From the NCBI GenBank assembly GCA_037388025.1, contig JARRKO010000006.1, positions 57,067 to 121,066 of the forward strand: 64,000 nucleotides of DNA, in the 5' to 3' direction. The position numbers and the translations under genes were made by a program. The number at the start of each line of letters is the position of its first letter. Within the stretch, counting starts at the first letter, position 1. This DNA comes from Syntrophobacterales bacterium. GTDB lineage: Bacteria > Desulfobacterota > Desulfobaccia > Desulfobaccales > 0-14-0-80-60-11. This document shows, piece after piece, positions 47,684 through 58,966 of this stretch. The notes under the pieces are model-generated. The model was not told the DNA's origin and ran no database searches. It was given only the letters and a program-made list of their open reading frames with translations.

Positions 47684-47838
47684 AGTTTTTCCGGTAAGGT
47701 CTAATTTCCCTAACTTGACGTCACTATTTGGGAAGGCGGCAGTTCCTGAAAATATACACTGCCTCTTACCGGATTCCCTTTCGTATCGTTAAATTGTATA
47801 TTAAGTAAAATTCAAGTTAAGCAAGTTGCAGAGGTGAG

Positions 47839-48729
47839 GTGACAAGTATGCCAAAGAGATTATTAGAACGGTTCATCTCTCATTCACAACACCTAACAAC
47901 TTTGTTGGAAGAGACGTATGAGGAGTGGAGCAAAGATAACGCCTCACAATTAGGCGCAGCCTTGGCTTTTTACACCATATTTTCTCTAGCTCCTATATTG
48001 ATCATTGTTGTTGCTGTGGTCGGAATTGTCTTGGGAAAAGCATCGGTGCAGACTTATATTCTGGCTGAATTGGCTAAGATCATCGGCCAGGATAATGGGG
48101 CCTACGTTATGAGTGTAATTCAAAATAGATATCAGGCTGCCTCCGGCTTAAAAGCTACTTTAATAGCCGTTGCATTGATACTTGTCGGCTCTACGACAGT
48201 CTGTGTGACATTAAAAAATGCTCTTAATACCATGTGGGGAGTAGATGGCAGACCCTCAGGGTTATTAAATTATATTAAAGAGCGTATTACGTCTTCTTTA
48301 TTAATTTTGGTTGCTGGTGCTTTTCTGTTGTTGTCAATGCTAGTAAGTTCATTTATTTCCACCATAAGTAATTTTATTACTATTCCCTTTATCCTCTTTA
48401 CTACAATTGACAACATCGTCTCAATTTGTCTCCTTACTTTATTATTTTCCATGTTATACAAGGTGTTGCCGGATGTGAAAATCTCTTGGGGGGACGTCTG
48501 GGTCGGGGGGGCGGTCACTGCGGCATTGTATACTCTCGGGAAATTTCTCTTGGGGCTGTATTTGGCTCGGAGCACCGTAAGTTCGGCCTACGGCGCCGCC
48601 GGCTCCCTGGTCGTTTTGCTACTCTGGGTCTATTATTCCGCCCAAATAATCTTTTTGGGCGCGGAATTTACTCAGGTCTATGCCAGAAGATATGGCTCCG
48701 AGATCGTACCCAAAAAGCGAAAGCAATGA
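47839..48729 (+). CDS. YihY/BrkB family membrane protein
   Basis: AALAFYTIFSLAP, YGAAGSLVVLLLWVYYSAQI. Confidence 0.92.
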   Translation: MTSMPKRLLERFISHSQHLTTLLEETYEEWSKDNASQLGAALAFYTIFSLAPILIIVVAVVGIVLGKASVQTYILAELAKIIGQDNGAYVMSVIQNRYQAASGLKATLIAVALILVGSTTVCVTLKNALNTMWGVDGRPSGLLNYIKERITSSLLILVAGAFLLLSMLVSSFISTISNFITIPFILFTTIDNIVSICLLTLLFSMLYKVLPDVKISWGDVWVGGAVTAALYTLGKFLLGLYLARSTVSSAYGAAGSLVVLLLWVYYSAQIIFLGAEFTQVYARRYGSEIVPKKRKQ

Positions 48730-48738
48730 GTCGTTTGT

Positions 48739-51700
48739 TCAAAAATCTTGATTGAAGAGCACGTCTCCGCCGGTGTTGCGCCCGCCCACTTGGGATTGGA
48801 CACTAAAGCGCTTGTTGAACCGGTACTGAACTACCACCTGGTAAGGGTCATTCCGATACAAGGGATCGGTCCGTCGCTGGTAGGAAACAGAAAACCCTTT
48901 GGGGAAGGGGCGGGACATTCCCAGGAAATCCTGAAGGATCACCCGGGTAGCTAAGCCACCGAAGGTCTCGGCGGCCACCGCACCATACTGTTCCTGACTA
49001 AGAGCACCGGTAGGCTTGCCGAACAACAGGTAAGACATCCAATCGGTTTCGGAGATGGCCGGATCGCCCCCCAGAGTGACCTTGAAGTCGCTCACCGGAC
49101 CCGAGGCCTCGGCGTACAGGGTAACATCGGTCATCTCATAGGCGATGCGGGCATCCAGGAAAGGCTCTTGTCCAGGTTTTTCGGGTAGGTCCACAATCCC
49201 CTTGGTCACCTGAAACTCATGGCCCACGATGAAAACGTGCCCCTCCAGGGACCGCACCTTGCCGTGATAAGTCAATTCCTTGCCTCGTTCTTTTCGGACG
49301 AAGATATTTACGGATGCCTCAATCTTGGCAATCCGGTCATTCACCCAGACATTGTCGGGAGCTTTAACATCCAGTTTAACCGCAAGATTTTTCCATACTT
49401 CCGGTTCACCTGGAGGTTTTTTACCCTTTTGGGCTTTGGCTTTGGCGGCAGCTTGCTCCCGCACCAGGATAACGTCTTTGTTGACGGTGTTGCCGCCTAA
49501 ATGGAAAAAACTGAGGCGGAATGATGCTCGGGGGATTCCCAGGTCACCCTGCACAGACAGATTCGGCCACCGGCCATCCAAGGCGATGGCGCCGTTAATA
49601 AAAGCTTCGGAACCGAGTTTGTCGATGGCCTTGAAATTATTCAGTTGGAGTCTGGCCCTCACCTCGTCAGGCAGAAATTCCTTCAAGGTAATATTGCTGG
49701 TCAGAGTGGCGGTACCCTCACTCTGTAAAGTGAATTGCGGAATGGTCAATTTATTGCCTTGCAGCCGCATTTCTCCCGGTTGCAATTGATAGGAGGCCCC
49801 GGTTTGACGGAGCTTGATAAAACCTGAACCCCACCTTACCTGGCCGGATATCTCGGGCCGGTTTACGGTACCCTCGATCTTGGCTTGAAGCGTAACAGCA
49901 CCCTTGGCATCCTCCACTTCAGTGGTAAGAGAAGGCAGCATGGACAGATTAACATTATCCCCCTGCACTCGAACCTGCATATTTCCTTGGCCCAGGCCGT
50001 AACTAAAGGGCATGAGGGAAAGACGCACGGGCACCTGGCCGCCCCAGGTCAGTGTCGGTCCCCTCTTCTCGGTTATCAGCTTGCCGGACAGATTGAGAAG
50101 ATTGCCCTGGTAGTTGAAAGAGGTGGTTATGGACTGAAAATCAACGTTCTGGTAGCGTGCCGCCTCCAAGCTGATTTTACCCTGAATATTCGGGGAACGG
50201 GGCTGACCGGACAAGCTGACCTGACCGGAGATCTTTCCTTTCAAGGGAACACTCTGAGGGGCGAACCATTCCGCCGCCAAATTCTGTACGGTGAGGCTGC
50301 CGGATACTTGCTGTCCAGTAATCCTGGCTTGCAGACTGATTCTCCCCTTGTTTACCTGGAAAGTAGCCGGCTCCACCTCGATGCCGGGGGAAAGCCTGAC
50401 CACCACAGGCCTGAGGTTCCTGACCGTCACCTTCTGGAGGCGGACATAAGCTCGGTCTAAAGAAAAGGAGAGCCGGCCGAGATCAGTGGCTCCCTGTAAG
50501 TCAATCTTGACACCTTTGGGACCCGAAGCTCTCAAAGCAAAGTTCCAGAGGCGGTCCCTCCCATCACCCTGAAAAGTGGCCTGGGAGAAGACCCCGGCCG
50601 GGGTTCTGACGCCGCTGGCCTGCACATTTATTCGGCCTTTGGACGGCGGCGCCCCGGAACCTTCGGCATTCACGGTTACACCTTGAACTCCGAAGCTTTC
50701 GTAAGAAAGATTCCGGCCTCTAGCCCTGAGGGCAATTTGAGGCTCGCTCAAGGTGCCTTTCAGAGTGCCCTCCCAGGATAACTGGCCCCCGACTTCAGCA
50801 GGAATGGGCCAATTCCCTCCTGAGGCTGATTTCCCCTCATGGGAGAAGTTTAATTTATCTCCCACCAAGGTGCCTTTGAGCTGGGCCATCAGGTTCCCCA
50901 ACTGGACATTGGCCTGGAAGATTTCCAACTTGGTCTTGTCCCAGGCCAGGCGCACCTGCAACTTTTCCAGGGGATGGGCCCCTACCTTGCCGCTGGCCTC
51001 AATCTGACCGGTCACCTTGACGCGATCAACGGCTTCCACCCCGGGGGCGCTGAATTTGCCGTCGAGCTTGGCGTTGATGACAGTTCCCTCAGGCGCCCCC
51101 AACGCCAGCGGCGCAGGGTTCAAGCCATCCACCTTGATGTTAAACTGCCCATCAGGCCTCCCCAAAAGAGAACCCGCGGCCTTAAGATCAATCTGACCGA
51201 TATTGCCCTTGAGGGATCCCTGGAACTGCTGCTTCTGTTGGTCTCCGGTCAGGGAAACGTTGAACCGGTCCACCTTGGCCGACCCATATTGCAGGCCTTG
51301 GCCCTCCAGGCTCCAGGAAAGTTGGGCCGGAGGGAAGTTGAGCCCCCTTCCCTGCACGTGAAATTTTACGGAGAACGGGCTGAGCTGACTGACTTTTTTC
51401 ACCAGGGATTTATCATAAAGGGCCAGAAGGCCGGGTTTCAGATCCTTTAGGTTCCCCTGGAGATCATAATTCCAGATGTCGTTTTGTTGGCCCAGCGTGC
51501 CGGCTACGTCAAAGCTGGTTTGTTGTATTCTTCCGGTCAGGGAAACCTGCATCTTGGACGGTGTTCCCTGCACCGTAAATTTGGCTCCTGCGTTCCAGTC
51601 AGCCGGCCACTGGTCCCAAAACAGGTGAATCTCTTTCGGCGGCAGGGCCAATTCCCCTTGCATGTGGACCTGGCCACCTTCACTTAAATCAGCCTTTCCA

Positions 51701-52312
51701 GCCACGGAGAGCACGGTCTGGTCCCCGGATTTGAGGTCGAGAAGAGGAATATCCAATAAATTCTTTTTGTAGGTGAGGCGGCTGGTCAGACTGATCCGAC
51801 CATAGGGGGACGAAACCGCGGTCACCACTTTACCCACCTGGATGCTCCGCTCCGGCGTCAGCGGGTCATCGATGTTTACGGCCAAATCCAGGTCCAGGTT
51901 CTTGAACTGTTGCGTTTGCCCCGCTTTAGTGACCTTCACATCTCCGTCTATGATGAGTATTTGCGAAAATCTCACCGAACGGATAGGCAAGGTAAGCTGT
52001 GAAGGTTTCTCGGAAGGCACGTAAATTCGAGAAATATTCCATTGTCCCTGCTCATCTTGAGCAAGGGATAGATGGGGTTTTATGAGGGCCACCTTACTGA
52101 TGACCGGCTTGAGCTCCAGCAAAGACCAAAAGGATAACTTGATTTCCAGACTGCGGGCGCCAAACACCTCCTCCTCGGGAGTGGTCAGGACAATATCTTT
52201 GAAAAAAAGCCCAGCGCCAGAAAAAATTCGAGTGCAACACCACCCAGAGCGAAAAAATACCGAGCAGGAGAATTATTATCAGGTAAAAGAAGATTCGACG
52301 AATGAGACTCAT
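48739..52312 (-). pseudogene. tamB: TamB (translocation and assembly module), frameshifted near the N-terminus
   Basis: TM anchor ORF starts at 52312 and changes frame at a T7 run (52202-52208); the beta-rich body with DUF490-like C-terminus continues to 48739; lies downstream of tamA. Confidence 0.72.
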
Positions 52313-52376
52313 AAATTTATCTTACGCTATTCTTATTCCCTGAACATGTCCGCAAAATCAGCCCCAAAGAACCATG

Positions 52377-54251
52377 TTAAAAAGACGGTCCAATGGTGAA
52401 GTGCACCCGAAAGGTGTCTACGCTGGGATCAATGGGATTAAGGGGCCAGGCAAAATAAATACCCACAGGACCGATGGGGGTAACGTAGGTAAAACCAAAC
52501 CCCGCAGCATATTTTAACTGGCCGAGGTCGATGTCAGCGGCGGTGAAATAAACGTTGCCAAAATCCATGAAACCCACCGCCCGGAATTGCTTATAAACCG
52601 GCACCCGGCCCTGCAGGTTGCCTTCTATCACCGCATCGCCTCCCAGCGGGTCCCCATTGGGCGTTCTCGGACCCAAATAATCCAGACGATATCCCCTGAC
52701 GCTGTTATAGCCGCCACTAAAAAAACGTCGTTGGATGGGGATCTGGATGGTCGATTGGATAGGTTGGATAATGCCGAATTTCAGACGGCCGGATAACACC
52801 ACTTTCTTGGTGATGCTCTGGTAGCGCCGGACCTCGGCGATGGTGCGGTAAAATTCCAGATTGGAGCCGAGAAAGTCCAGAGCGCTCTCTCCCCCTAAGG
52901 TGATTTTCCCTCCTCCGGTGGGATCGCTCGGGTTGACGGTGGTATCCTGGCTCACACCAAAGATGATCATGGAGGATTTGTAGAGACGGCCCGGCTCAGT
53001 TTCCTGAAGCAAGATCAGGGTGGACAGGGGCACATCAAAGGGCCGGGCGTATTCAAAAGCGTGTCCGAAATAACCGCGAAATTTCCAGGGAAGATCATGT
53101 TCCAGGCGAGCCTGGGAATAATAAGACCGGTCGGTGAAGCTGGGCAAATCCCGCCGGATGACCCCGGCCAGGGCCACGAAGTCGAAATAACTTTTGAAAA
53201 TTTGTGGGGAAGTGAAGGTTCCTATGATATGGGAATCAATACTGGAGTATTTGGTATCCAGATCCAGCATCCGGCCGCCCCCGGCCACATTCCTGATGCG
53301 CAACCCCAGGCGGGCCCTGAGAAGCTCTTCATCACCATATCCCAGCCCCACCCTGAGGGACCTTCTTTTCTTTTCCTGGACCTGTACCGTAATGGGAATG
53401 GCAATCAGGTCCTTGGGCTCATCCTCCGGGGTAACCGTGGCGCTGCGGAATAAATCGGTGTCATAGAGATTTTTCTGGCTCTCGAAGATCTTTTTTAAAG
53501 AAAAGATTTCTCCCGTCTTAAAGGCTAATTTCCGCAAAATTAGATAATTCGGCGTTTTCACCGCGCCTTTCACCGTGGTCTTCCCGAAATAACAGAGCGG
53601 TCCGGGATGTATGTTAAAAACTATTTTGGCGGTATTTTTCTGGTCATCCAAGTAGACCTTGCCGGTCACCTTGCCCCGGAAATAGCCATGATTCTGGAGA
53701 TAATTGATGTAATTTGTCTTCAGTTGCGCATAACTGCTATCACTATAGCGATCCCCCACCGCCAGAGGGCTCTCGATTTTCGCCAACTCCCCTGCGTAGA
53801 TAACCTCAGCGCCTTTTACCTCAATCCCGGTCACCTTTATGGGGGGACCCTCCTGAATGTATAAGATCACATCCACCTTGCCGTTATGCTGATGAATGTC
53901 ATAGGTAATCTGGGCGTGATAAAATCCTTCGGTGCGGTAAAAAGCTTTGAGTTGAGCAATGTCAGCTTCCAGGTTGTCCTTTCTGAACTCCGGCTTTTTT
54001 CTCCAGGGCCAGATGGAAGGCAAGGGCATGGTCATTTGTTTCTTAAGCTTCCTGGCGTTGATGGTTTCCGCCCCTACTATCTCGAAAGATTGTAAAATAA
54101 GGGGTGTCCGCTTTGAGGCAGTCTCCTGAGCCAGCAGCCAAATCCAGCCCAATATCAGTGCCCCCACCCAGCAGGACGGGGATTTGGAACTTATTTTAGC
54201 AACTCTCGGCGTTATCATTCCATGAATCTCACCAGAGGATGAATTCTCCAA
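52377..54251 (-). CDS. tamA: TamA/BamA (Omp85) family outer membrane protein
   Basis: POTRA-like repeats; FFSGGYNSVRGY, FMDFGNV, TPIGP, C-terminal F. Confidence 0.85.
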   Translation of the reverse strand: MENSSSGEIHGMITPRVAKISSKSPSCWVGALILGWIWLLAQETASKRTPLILQSFEIVGAETINARKLKKQMTMPLPSIWPWRKKPEFRKDNLEADIAQLKAFYRTEGFYHAQITYDIHQHNGKVDVILYIQEGPPIKVTGIEVKGAEVIYAGELAKIESPLAVGDRYSDSSYAQLKTNYINYLQNHGYFRGKVTGKVYLDDQKNTAKIVFNIHPGPLCYFGKTTVKGAVKTPNYLILRKLAFKTGEIFSLKKIFESQKNLYDTDLFRSATVTPEDEPKDLIAIPITVQVQEKKRRSLRVGLGYGDEELLRARLGLRIRNVAGGGRMLDLDTKYSSIDSHIIGTFTSPQIFKSYFDFVALAGVIRRDLPSFTDRSYYSQARLEHDLPWKFRGYFGHAFEYARPFDVPLSTLILLQETEPGRLYKSSMIIFGVSQDTTVNPSDPTGGGKITLGGESALDFLGSNLEFYRTIAEVRRYQSITKKVVLSGRLKFGIIQPIQSTIQIPIQRRFFSGGYNSVRGYRLDYLGPRTPNGDPLGGDAVIEGNLQGRVPVYKQFRAVGFMDFGNVYFTAADIDLGQLKYAAGFGFTYVTPIGPVGIYFAWPLNPIDPSVDTFRVHFTIGPSF

Positions 54252-54806
54252 ACCTTCTGCACACAGGTTCCCCAGAGTAACATCTTATTCTTGCCAATGA
54301 TGGATCGGTGGGGAGGGTGTGATTTTGTCGGTCTTTAGGTGCAACCGCAAAGATTTTTGCTTCAGTCCCGCAAAAATTGTTAAACCGTTTGGGCCTGGTG
54401 AGAATCTCAACAAAACTCTTCTGGTTGCCGACCTTTTGAATTTATAATCTTATTGATTTTTGGGGTCCAGGTCAATTATGGACCTTAAATTCGTCACCCC
54501 AGGCTTTGATAAAAATAATTTGATGGCTAACATATGGAAACCATTTCTCGTATAATGACTAAGCCTCCGGTTGCCTGGGGCCCTCTCCGGCGGATGAGGC
54601 TCAGTCGGGACCAGGTTTCCGAAATTTCCGATAAAATACTATATTTGGACGTCTGAAACTGGTGCCGGTGACTCCTGGCTCCTAACTTTTTCGGGGGAAA
54701 GGAGGTCAGAATCAGGGGAAGGCGGTGCCCAGCCAAGTTTGCTGTGCCTTTTCCGGGTTTACCGGAATATCCATTTAACGCGAAGGGAAGATTGAAGGGT
54801 CAAATC

Positions 54807-55313
54807 ATGAATCTTAAGAATTTTGTCACTGCCCTTATAGTGATCTGCTTGTGGTTTCCTGCCACATCTCAGGCGTATGACCAAAAGGAAGCCCTTCGTG
54901 GTTTAAAAGGAGTCAAAGTTACTGTTGAGTATTTGAATCCGATGATTGGAAGGCTTGGGTTGTCTAAGACTCAAGTTAAAACTGAAGTTGAGAAGCAGTT
55001 GAAAAAGCTTGGCGTGCATGTCTTCAACGAAGCCAAACCTCCTGCCATGTCTACTCTCTATGTTGTTGTCAATGGCCTTCAAACAAAGTCTAAAGCAACG
55101 CTTATTTATTCCATCAGCGTAAATTTAGTGGAGTGGGCTTATCTGAAAAGAGGGATCGGCCTTGTGGGTGACCTCCAGGAGGTGCATGCCATAAACTGGT
55201 ATAAAGGGAATATCGGATATATGCCAAGTGACTCTATAAAAATGCTTATGAAACCGTTACAGCAACTGGTGGATAAATTTATCTTGGATTACTTGGCGGT
55301 GAATCAAAGCTAA
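54807..55313 (+). CDS. Exported hypothetical protein
   Basis: Signal peptide ending SQA; LRGLKGVKV; C-terminal FILDYLAVN. Confidence 0.7.
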   Translation: MNLKNFVTALIVICLWFPATSQAYDQKEALRGLKGVKVTVEYLNPMIGRLGLSKTQVKTEVEKQLKKLGVHVFNEAKPPAMSTLYVVVNGLQTKSKATLIYSISVNLVEWAYLKRGIGLVGDLQEVHAINWYKGNIGYMPSDSIKMLMKPLQQLVDKFILDYLAVNQS

Positions 55314-55454
55314 ACCTTAAAAAGCCCACCCGGTGATCCTTTTTAAAAACATAAAACATAAGCTTTATTAATAACTTAATGAAATAATGTATACACTCGT
55401 TGAAAATTTCTAAGTTGTTAAAAAAACTGCAGCAACTACCTGAAGGAGGACATT

Positions 55455-56615
55455 ATGCACCAAGTATTTCGGGTTCTAGCTGTATTGGCCATCATCACTT
55501 TAAGTCCGGTGATTGGTTTATCCAAGAAAGCCCCGGGGAAAAATGCTAAGCACTATAATGCTTTGGGCCTCCAAGATATCAAAAAAGGTCAATACGACCA
55601 AGCTATCAGAGATCTTAATAAAGCCCTGAAATTAAAATCTGACTATGCTGTAGCCTATAACAATCGGGGTTATGCTTATTATAGTAAGCGGCTTTTTGAT
55701 AAGGCCCTAGCTGATTATAATCAGGCTATCAAACTAAATACCATGTTTGCGGTGGCTTATAGTAATAGAGGGTTAAATTATCTAGCTCAAGGGAAATTTG
55801 ATAAAGCTCTCGAGGATTACAACACGGCTATTAAATTAAATCCCCAATTAGCTGTTGCCTATAATTATCGAGGCTTGGTTTACTTCCTTCAAAAGGACTA
55901 CGATAAGGCTATGACCGATTTCAATAAAGCTATAAAAATTAACCCAAAACTTGCCTTGGCTTATAACAATCAGGGCTATATTTATTATTTGCTAGGCAGT
56001 ACCGATAAAGCAATCTCAGATTTTAATAAAGCTTTAAGTTTGAACCCCAAACTCATTTTCCCCTATAATAATCGAGGATTAGCATATTACGATAAGGGAG
56101 ATCTCAGTAAGGCTTTAGCCGATTACAATCAGACTATCAAGTTAAATCCTAAATACGCAGGTGCTTACAATAAACGAGGGTTAATCCTATATGACCAAAA
56201 AGATTACAACAAGGCAATAGCTGATTATAATAAAGCTATCCAATTGCGACCTGGAAACCCCATTACTTGGAATAATCGAGGCTTGGCCTATTTTCAAAAG
56301 AAGTCATATAGTAGAGCTCTTTCTGACTTTAACAAGGCGATTAAGTTGGACCCTAAATATGCCAATGCCTATAACAACCGAGGTTTAACTTATCTTCATA
56401 AAAAAGATTATAACAAAGCCATTGCTGATTTCAACAAGGCTGTTCAATTAAATCCTGATCTTGCCGTCGCCTATAACAATCGGGCCCATGCTTATTATCA
56501 AAAGAAGGCCTACGCCCAGGCCAGGGAGGACGTGCAGCGGGCTCAAAAACTGAAATTTCCTGTTAATCAGGAACTAACGGAGAATCTGAAAAAGCTATCC
56601 GCCAAGAAAAAATAA
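55455..56615 (+). CDS. Exported tetratricopeptide repeat protein (about 10 TPRs)
   Basis: Repeated AYNNRG...KAIADFNKAIKLNP 34-aa units; AT-rich. Confidence 0.95.
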   Translation: MHQVFRVLAVLAIITLSPVIGLSKKAPGKNAKHYNALGLQDIKKGQYDQAIRDLNKALKLKSDYAVAYNNRGYAYYSKRLFDKALADYNQAIKLNTMFAVAYSNRGLNYLAQGKFDKALEDYNTAIKLNPQLAVAYNYRGLVYFLQKDYDKAMTDFNKAIKINPKLALAYNNQGYIYYLLGSTDKAISDFNKALSLNPKLIFPYNNRGLAYYDKGDLSKALADYNQTIKLNPKYAGAYNKRGLILYDQKDYNKAIADYNKAIQLRPGNPITWNNRGLAYFQKKSYSRALSDFNKAIKLDPKYANAYNNRGLTYLHKKDYNKAIADFNKAVQLNPDLAVAYNNRAHAYYQKKAYAQAREDVQRAQKLKFPVNQELTENLKKLSAKKK

Positions 56616-56796
56616 AGCTGATGATCCTCCGGGCCGGAGAAGGGAGCCCACGCCGCCCCGGACGACGCCGGCCGGGCGGGACGGTTCAGGGGAAAACGCC
56701 GGACAGGAAGCCACCAGCTGGCGTCCCCCCTGGAATATATTCTGCGGGGCGCCCCCCAAGCAGGTCATCGAAAAAGGGAGGCGGCGACCCTTGCTT

Positions 56797-57090
56797 TTAA
56801 GGAAGGGAGGATATAATCTCCCGAAGTTCATTCTCGGAGAAAGCCCGTAAGGTTTCGGTCCGATAGTTGCCTTGCAAGTTAATGCTCAACATTGCCTGGG
56901 CTATGGTTTCCTCATCCGGTGCCTCCATCATCATCACAAAATCATACTGTCCCAGCACCAGGAAAACCCCTTTGATTTGAACGCCGAGTTGGGGGGCGAG
57001 TTGTCTCCAGAAGTCAACCCGAGCCGGAAATTCCCTAATGGTTTCCGCCCCTGGTTGGGTAAACCGCCCCAGAATGATGTAAGTCGCCAT
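56797..57090 (-). CDS. GYD domain protein
   Basis: MATYIILGRFT, LGQYDFV, RTETLRAF. Confidence 0.88.
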   Translation of the reverse strand: MATYIILGRFTQPGAETIREFPARVDFWRQLAPQLGVQIKGVFLVLGQYDFVMMMEAPDEETIAQAMLSINLQGNYRTETLRAFSENELREIISSLP

Positions 57091-57180
57091 CAGCTCCACT
57101 CCTTGGGTACCAAGCTGAGGAAAAGTGTGCACCCCAAACCAAGCTTTTCCTCAAAGCCCTAAAGTCCGGATCAAAGAAAA

Positions 57181-58575
57181 TCACCCCTGGAGGGGATATC
57201 GCCGTCCTTTTTGGGTGCCTTCCATGTTGATCTCGTTCGCTTTATGAGTTTTAGGACAATAATTCTTGGCAGTGAAATAATCGTATATGATCTGCGCGAT
57301 GAGTCTGTTGCCCTCTTTATTGAAATGAAAATATTTTTCCCCTAAAAATAGTTCCATATAGTTTTTCCCATCAAATCGCTTTAGAATCCCGGAACCAAGG
57401 TCAATATATTCGATATGCTCCTTTTTGAGCTCATGAATTAAAGGTTGGTACACAAACTTATGGTTTTGATAATAGTAACGAAAGTCTTCATCGGTTGGAA
57501 AGATTAACAGGATGGGATGCTTACCTCTATTCTTAGCCTCCAGGAGAAATTGCTTGATAATGGCCATGTTCAAAGGAAATGCATGGGAAGGGTGATCAAG
57601 TTTATAGAATTGCAAATAGGATTTATAACCCTTAACATAGCGATCATAAAAAAATTTATACGCCTTTATTATGGACCAACTATAGGGAAATTCCAACTTT
57701 TGGGCTCCGGATGGGCCCCCTGGCGCAAAATAATCATTGGTAAGAAAACGCTCCGGGTTCTTGATAAACTCTTTATAATTTTTCTCGGATAATTTAGGTA
57801 TGGGCACCAAGTCCAATTGTCCTTTTTCATCTAGAACAAATCTCGGCTTGGTCTGGCACTGGGAAACGGGAGCTAAAAAGTTCCTGAGTTGATTAACATT
57901 TCTTTGAATGTTTTCGCTTAACTGGCCAAAGAGGACGATTTTGGCATTATCCTTCGTATTATAATGAAATCTCAGATAGGATTGATCAGTGCCGTACCCG
58001 GGCACGCCATAATTCTTTATAGGGCAGCCCAGCATCTTGCCCAAGACATTACTCCAGGCATATTGGGGCTTGACCCCAAAGCCGGCCGTAAATGAATCAC
58101 CATAAGCCGAGATGGGAAACTCCTGGGTTACGTATTTCGGGTTTGAAGCCGTGGTCCCGGTTCCCGCCATGCCATCGGGCTTTTGTTGCATGGCCTGTGG
58201 CGACGGCCACCCCAGCAAGGGGTTAACCCTGGCGGCATAGGTAGCATAGCTCTCGGTGATATGCGGCAAATAAAAGAGGATACCGTATCTTTTGGCCAGA
58301 TAGGTGGTATAAAAATAAGCCGATATTTCCACAGTGGCGATTAGCACCACCGCGATCAGGGCTACTCCGGTGAAAGTTGCCAGGCGGTTGTGCCTGCCGT
58401 TCCCTATCTCCTCCTGAGGCTGACTTTTCCCGTCCACCGCCAGGGTTCCATCCTCGCCGTGGCGCGCCTCAGCTGCAGAAGGAGCGCCCCGCCTGCCAAA
58501 GGGCAGCCACTGCCGCGGGCGGCTGGCCTGGCTCCATGAAAAAAGGGTCTTTAGATTACGGATGAGGGGGTTCAT
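57181..58575 (-). CDS. SGNH/GDSL-like membrane-anchored protein
   Basis: GDSFT, NYGVPGYGTDQ, HFNKEGN; start uncertain. Confidence 0.8.
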   Translation of the reverse strand: MNPLIRNLKTLFSWSQASRPRQWLPFGRRGAPSAAEARHGEDGTLAVDGKSQPQEEIGNGRHNRLATFTGVALIAVVLIATVEISAYFYTTYLAKRYGILFYLPHITESYATYAARVNPLLGWPSPQAMQQKPDGMAGTGTTASNPKYVTQEFPISAYGDSFTAGFGVKPQYAWSNVLGKMLGCPIKNYGVPGYGTDQSYLRFHYNTKDNAKIVLFGQLSENIQRNVNQLRNFLAPVSQCQTKPRFVLDEKGQLDLVPIPKLSEKNYKEFIKNPERFLTNDYFAPGGPSGAQKLEFPYSWSIIKAYKFFYDRYVKGYKSYLQFYKLDHPSHAFPLNMAIIKQFLLEAKNRGKHPILLIFPTDEDFRYYYQNHKFVYQPLIHELKKEHIEYIDLGSGILKRFDGKNYMELFLGEKYFHFNKEGNRLIAQIIYDYFTAKNYCPKTHKANEINMEGTQKGRRYPLQG

Positions 58576-58966
58576 GAGGATACTTGGGATATTCAGCTAT
58601 AGCCTGGAATCCGGCAAGGGAAGCGAGAGATGGAATTGACCAAAACAGCCTCACAAGAACCCTGGAGTCGCCGCAGTTTAGCAGATTAATGGTACCGCAG
58701 CAGATTTTTAAGAGCAGGACCAACTCTGGGTTTGCGACAGAAATTTATATTTTACAAGAATTTCAATTTTGGATAATATAGCCGGAAATCCTGTGGTAGT
58801 AAAGAGCTCACGTTTTAATGGAGCACGTCTCGAGGCCACGGTGGCTGGGGGGATGTTGCTCCAAATTTTTCGCCTCAGGTGGCAGGGAAGCTAACCTTTC
58901 ATCTCACAGCTTTTTCCCACCCGGAAGCTTGGCGTCAAATTCCTAAGATAAGACGAAGGACTGCGA

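Noticed and set aside
55455-56615. Nucleotide-level repeats in an AT-rich gene
   Set aside because: Explained by ordinary TPR coding repeats
58574-58781. Carbamoyltransferase remnant (MRILGIFSYS...)
   Set aside because: Similarity is limited to about six residues and overlaps the start of the opposite-strand ORF
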